Source of the DNA: Candidatus Hermodarchaeum yapensis
GTDB lineage: Archaea; Asgardarchaeota; Hermodarchaeia; Hermodarchaeales; Hermodarchaeaceae
Assembly (NCBI GenBank): GCA_016840405.1
Contig: JAEOSK010000016.1
Location: forward strand, 1-60,601
Length of the DNA stretch: 60,601 nt
Direction of reading: 5' to 3'
Below, piece after piece: positions 57,388 to 60,601 of the stretch (the first letter of the stretch is position 1; each line of letters opens with the position of its first letter). A program made the translations under genes and the position numbers. The notes beneath the pieces were generated by a model that was not told the origin of the DNA, made no database searches, and worked only from the letters and a program-made list of their open reading frames with translations.

Positions 57388-58176
57388 TCACTTTTGAGCA
57401 ATACGATTTGCGATATGAGCTGCGATCGCACCAGCACCAATTCCATTATCGATGTTTACAACTGCGAGACCGAGAGAACAGGATTGTAGCATGGAAATCA
57501 ATGCACCTAATCCTTCACCACCAAGACCATAACCAGTGGAAACAGGAAGTCCAATCACGGGAATATCAACTAGCCCCGTTACAAGCGAAGGGAGAGCACC
57601 TTCCATTCCCGCGGCAACGATGAGGACATCTATCCCCTGTTTAATCATATCCTCAAGTTCAGGAAACAAGCGGTGTACACCAGCTACACCAACATCATGA
57701 GCTGTAAAAACTTGGCACCCCATTTGTTCCGCCATTACTTGGGCGGCTTCAGCGGCTCGACGATCAGAAGTTCCTGCGGCAACAATCCCAATTTTACCAC
57801 CCTTAAAGTCTGGTTTGAACTTGGGCTCATGAATAACCGCAATGGCTCCTTCACCTTTTACGTCAATGATGTAATCTTTGCTCAACTGCTTTTTGAGGGC
57901 TTGTTCTTGCTCTTCTGAAAGTTGACTCAATAAAATAACGGGTTTCGCTTCCAAACCAGCTTTTACAATTTCAACTAAATCTGTGGCTGTTTTGTGTTTG
58001 GCGAACACTACTTCTGGAATTCCCTTTCGCGTTTCTCGGGATACATCGAGTTTAGCCATCCGTGCAACTTCGATGATATTAAAGAGTCGTAGCTTTGTTT
58101 CAGCTTCTTCCACGGAGCATTCACCCTTAGCCAGTTTTTCTAGGGTATCTCGAAGGTCAGTCATTGCATTCACCAC
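57388..58176 (-). CDS. larB: nickel-pincer cofactor biosynthesis protein LarB
   Basis: GIPEVV, AGTSD, DVGVAG, AGMEGALPS, STGYG, VVNIDNG. Confidence 0.95.
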   Translation of the reverse strand: MVNAMTDLRDTLEKLAKGECSVEEAETKLRLFNIIEVARMAKLDVSRETRKGIPEVVFAKHKTATDLVEIVKAGLEAKPVILLSQLSEEQEQALKKQLSKDYIIDVKGEGAIAVIHEPKFKPDFKGGKIGIVAAGTSDRRAAEAAQVMAEQMGCQVFTAHDVGVAGVHRLFPELEDMIKQGIDVLIVAAGMEGALPSLVTGLVDIPVIGLPVSTGYGLGGEGLGALISMLQSCSLGLAVVNIDNGIGAGAIAAHIANRIAQK

Positions 58177-58240
58177 TAGTTTCTCATAGATGAAGCAAGC
58201 ATATTAAAGCTTGAAGAATTGTCAAATCTAGTGGGAATCC

Positions 58241-59518
58241 TTGATGTCAAGTGAAAAAGTTCTCGTTATCGACGCCCAGATGGCAGGGGTTGCTGGTGAT
58301 ATGTTCGTAGCAGCGCTTCTCGACCTGGGAGCGGACTTTGAAGCCGTTATTTCTGCGATGGAGGCTGCCGTAAGCTATGTACCAGACTGTAAAAGCATCA
58401 AAGTAACACCCAAAAACGTTACACGGAGCCATATTGGTGGTCTATACTTGGATATCCAAATCGAGGAGTCCTATGAAACACGGGCGGGAAAAATTCTACT
58501 TGATGCCGTCGACACAATGGGAAAGGACCTCAAATTATCATCTCAGGCAAGAGCCTATGCCAATCGAGCCATTCATTGCCTCGTTGAGTGTGAAGCTGCC
58601 GTCCATCGACATACTCCCGAGAAAGTTCATCTTCATGGTGCGGGTTCCGTAGATACCGTTATTGACATCATCGGAGCAGCTACAGCGCTAGAACAGCTTG
58701 AGATTATCAACCCAAAATCTACACAGTATTTCGTGTTACCCATTGCAGTGGGTGGCGGAACGTTTCCTAGCGGACATGGACAACTAGCCGCCCCAGGACC
58801 TGCAGTGACCCAAATCCTTACACAATCAAAATTACTCTTCAAAGGTGGCCCCCTGAAGCGTGAGCTGGCAACGCCAACAGGAGCAGCACTTATTGCCGCA
58901 TTGAACCCCACTTCTACAGAAGCCTACCCACTTTTCCAACCACTAACTGTAGGCTATGGTGCAGGAACAGCTGAGTTGCCAGATATTCCCAATCTTCTGC
59001 GATTTGTAATGGGAGAATCGATTCCCCAACCACGGCTCTATCAAGATCAAGTCATTATTTTGGAAACGAATGTAGACGATGTCTCCGGTGAAACCTTGGG
59101 TTATGCCATTGAACGGTTAATGCAAGCAGGAGCTAAGGACGTGTCAATAGTTGCGACAACGACGAAGAAGAACCGACCCGGCCATTTAGTGTCCGTGATT
59201 GCAGCACCGGAACATGAAGAACTGCTCACACATCTTCTATTAGTTGAAACTGGAAGCCTTGGAGTGCGGGTAATTCGAAGTGATCGGCATCTCTTAGCCA
59301 GGGAAATTCATTCGGTTCGAGTCAAGAGTGGAAAACAGGAAGTGACCATTCGTGTAAAAATCGCTACTGATCGAACTGGTGCAATCATTCAAACAAAGGC
59401 TGAATTTGATGATGTCAAAGCAGCGACAAAGAAAACCGGTGAACCATTAGTTGAAATCGCTCGAAAGGCGGAAGCGCTTGCTCGTCTTGAGTACTCCAAA
59501 AAAGGAGGGAACTGCTAA
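58241..59518 (+). CDS. larC: nickel-pincer cofactor biosynthesis protein LarC
   Basis: GVAGDM, EAAVH...VHLH, TPTGAA, GYGAG, LETNVDD, KKNRPG. Confidence 0.94.
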   Translation: MMSSEKVLVIDAQMAGVAGDMFVAALLDLGADFEAVISAMEAAVSYVPDCKSIKVTPKNVTRSHIGGLYLDIQIEESYETRAGKILLDAVDTMGKDLKLSSQARAYANRAIHCLVECEAAVHRHTPEKVHLHGAGSVDTVIDIIGAATALEQLEIINPKSTQYFVLPIAVGGGTFPSGHGQLAAPGPAVTQILTQSKLLFKGGPLKRELATPTGAALIAALNPTSTEAYPLFQPLTVGYGAGTAELPDIPNLLRFVMGESIPQPRLYQDQVIILETNVDDVSGETLGYAIERLMQAGAKDVSIVATTTKKNRPGHLVSVIAAPEHEELLTHLLLVETGSLGVRVIRSDRHLLAREIHSVRVKSGKQEVTIRVKIATDRTGAIIQTKAEFDDVKAATKKTGEPLVEIARKAEALARLEYSKKGGNC

Positions 59519-59535
59519 CGACTGCAAACAACCTT

Positions 59536-60354
59536 TTGACTCTTCATGAAAAACGGAAGAGGATTATTGAGCGTTTTCATAAGCTAGGAAGTGTGTTGGT
59601 TGCCCTCTCTGGTGGAGTCGACAGCTCGGTTGTAGCGGCTCTAGCCTTTGAGGCTCTTAACGATAAGGCTATTGCAGTGACTTTTGACTCACCGTTAACT
59701 CCTGCGGATGAGGTTGAGGATGCCCAGATGGTAGCTAAAGTCATTGGTATCCATCACCAGGTTCACACATTTGACGATTTAAAGAACGCGTCCATGATTG
59801 CAAATCCACCTGATCGCTGTTATCATTGTAAGCTTGCTCGATTCCGTCAAGCTAGAGTGCTGGCTGTTAAACTTGGCATTGAAGCCATCGTTGATGGTTC
59901 AACATTAAGCGATGAGGGAGAATACCGACCGGGTCTGCAGGCCATTGATGAGTTAGGTATTATTAGCCCCTTACGTGAAGTGAAAATCACGAAATCTGAA
60001 GCACGTCAACTTGCCCGAGAGCTACAGCTTCCCGTGGCCGACAAACCGGCTAACAGTTGTCTTGCGACTCGTATTCCGTATAATGAACCTCTCACCAGAG
60101 ACCGCCTTTCTCGCATTGCCGCTGCAGAAAAAGCAATTCGCGAAATCATCGATGTGGATGTTTTGCGAGTCCGCGAGCATGGTAATCTTGCCCGCATCGA
60201 AATAGCCTTCGATAAACTTGACCTTATTCAACAAGAAAAAGTCGCTCAAAGAATCGTAGAAGAATTAACCGCACTCGGGTATGAATTTGTGACCATTGAT
60301 CTTCGTGGATATCGGTTTGGTAGCTTTGATAAAGAGTCTTCACAAAAAGAGTAG
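59536..60354 (+). CDS. larE: ATP-dependent sulfur transferase LarE
   Basis: SGGVDS PP-loop, RCYHCK, RPG, SCLATRIPY, RVREHG. Confidence 0.94.
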   Translation: MTLHEKRKRIIERFHKLGSVLVALSGGVDSSVVAALAFEALNDKAIAVTFDSPLTPADEVEDAQMVAKVIGIHHQVHTFDDLKNASMIANPPDRCYHCKLARFRQARVLAVKLGIEAIVDGSTLSDEGEYRPGLQAIDELGIISPLREVKITKSEARQLARELQLPVADKPANSCLATRIPYNEPLTRDRLSRIAAAEKAIREIIDVDVLRVREHGNLARIEIAFDKLDLIQQEKVAQRIVEELTALGYEFVTIDLRGYRFGSFDKESSQKE

Positions 60355-60464
60355 GAAGTCAAATAAACACAACAACAACGACCTTTGTAAAGGCTTTTAA
60401 CACTCCCCGCTAACGAATATCAAGTCTTACTCTTACAACCAATTGTATTCCATGGAGGTTCAAT

Positions 60465-60601
60465 ATGTTGAAACCAAAAGTTGGTCTGATCACGCTCTCC
60501 TTAGAGCGCGAAAGAACTGATATCGCGGAGCAAGCCCATAAGGAACTGCTCAAGGCTTTGAAAACTCAACCATTGGATGTTGTACCCCAGAAGAAACTCG
60601 T
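60465..60601 (+). CDS. 5' fragment of a CDS running off the window
   Basis: GGAGG SD, then MLKPKVGLITLSLERERTDIAEQ... open to the window end. Confidence 0.6.
   Translation, partial: MLKPKVGLITLSLERERTDIAEQAHKELLKALKTQPLDVVPQKKL

Overview
Gene-dense archaeal chromosomal segment. It has TATA/BRE-type promoters, GGTGA/GAGG Shine-Dalgarno sites and a PGF-CTERM-like exported protein. The Rab-like GTPase, ubiquitin-like machinery and Smc5/6-like ATPase point to an Asgard archaeon (inference). Most of the window is metabolism and repair: nitroreductase, acyl-CoA dehydrogenase, K+-independent H+-PPase, GlcD-like and HdrD-like oxidoreductases, a LeuB/C/D-family operon, uvrBAC, a divergent ATP-PEPCK, ADP-forming acyl-CoA ligase, glycerate kinase, malic enzyme and larBCE. 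Three items stand out. (1) A locus at about 40.5-51.7 kb has a translationally coupled Smc5/6-like operon (SMC, kleisin-like, kite/winged-helix, Nse1-type RING-like). It is transcribed divergently from a complete ubiquitin-like cascade (Ubl ending VG-FSS, E2, paralogous RING-like protein, transglutaminase-fold protein, E1, JAB). The E2 and RING tails carry repeated SIM-like motifs, and a degenerate Hef/FANCM-like helicase lies close by. (2) Two dispersed copies of an unrecognised ~110-nt structured RNA have covarying stems and an invariant 28-nt loop. (3) A pseudoknotted, Shine-Dalgarno-sequestering leader precedes queT and is a candidate archaeal preQ0/preQ1-type riboswitch. No rRNA, tRNA, CRISPR array or transposase was recognised. 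All family calls are by eye from motifs; no searches were run.
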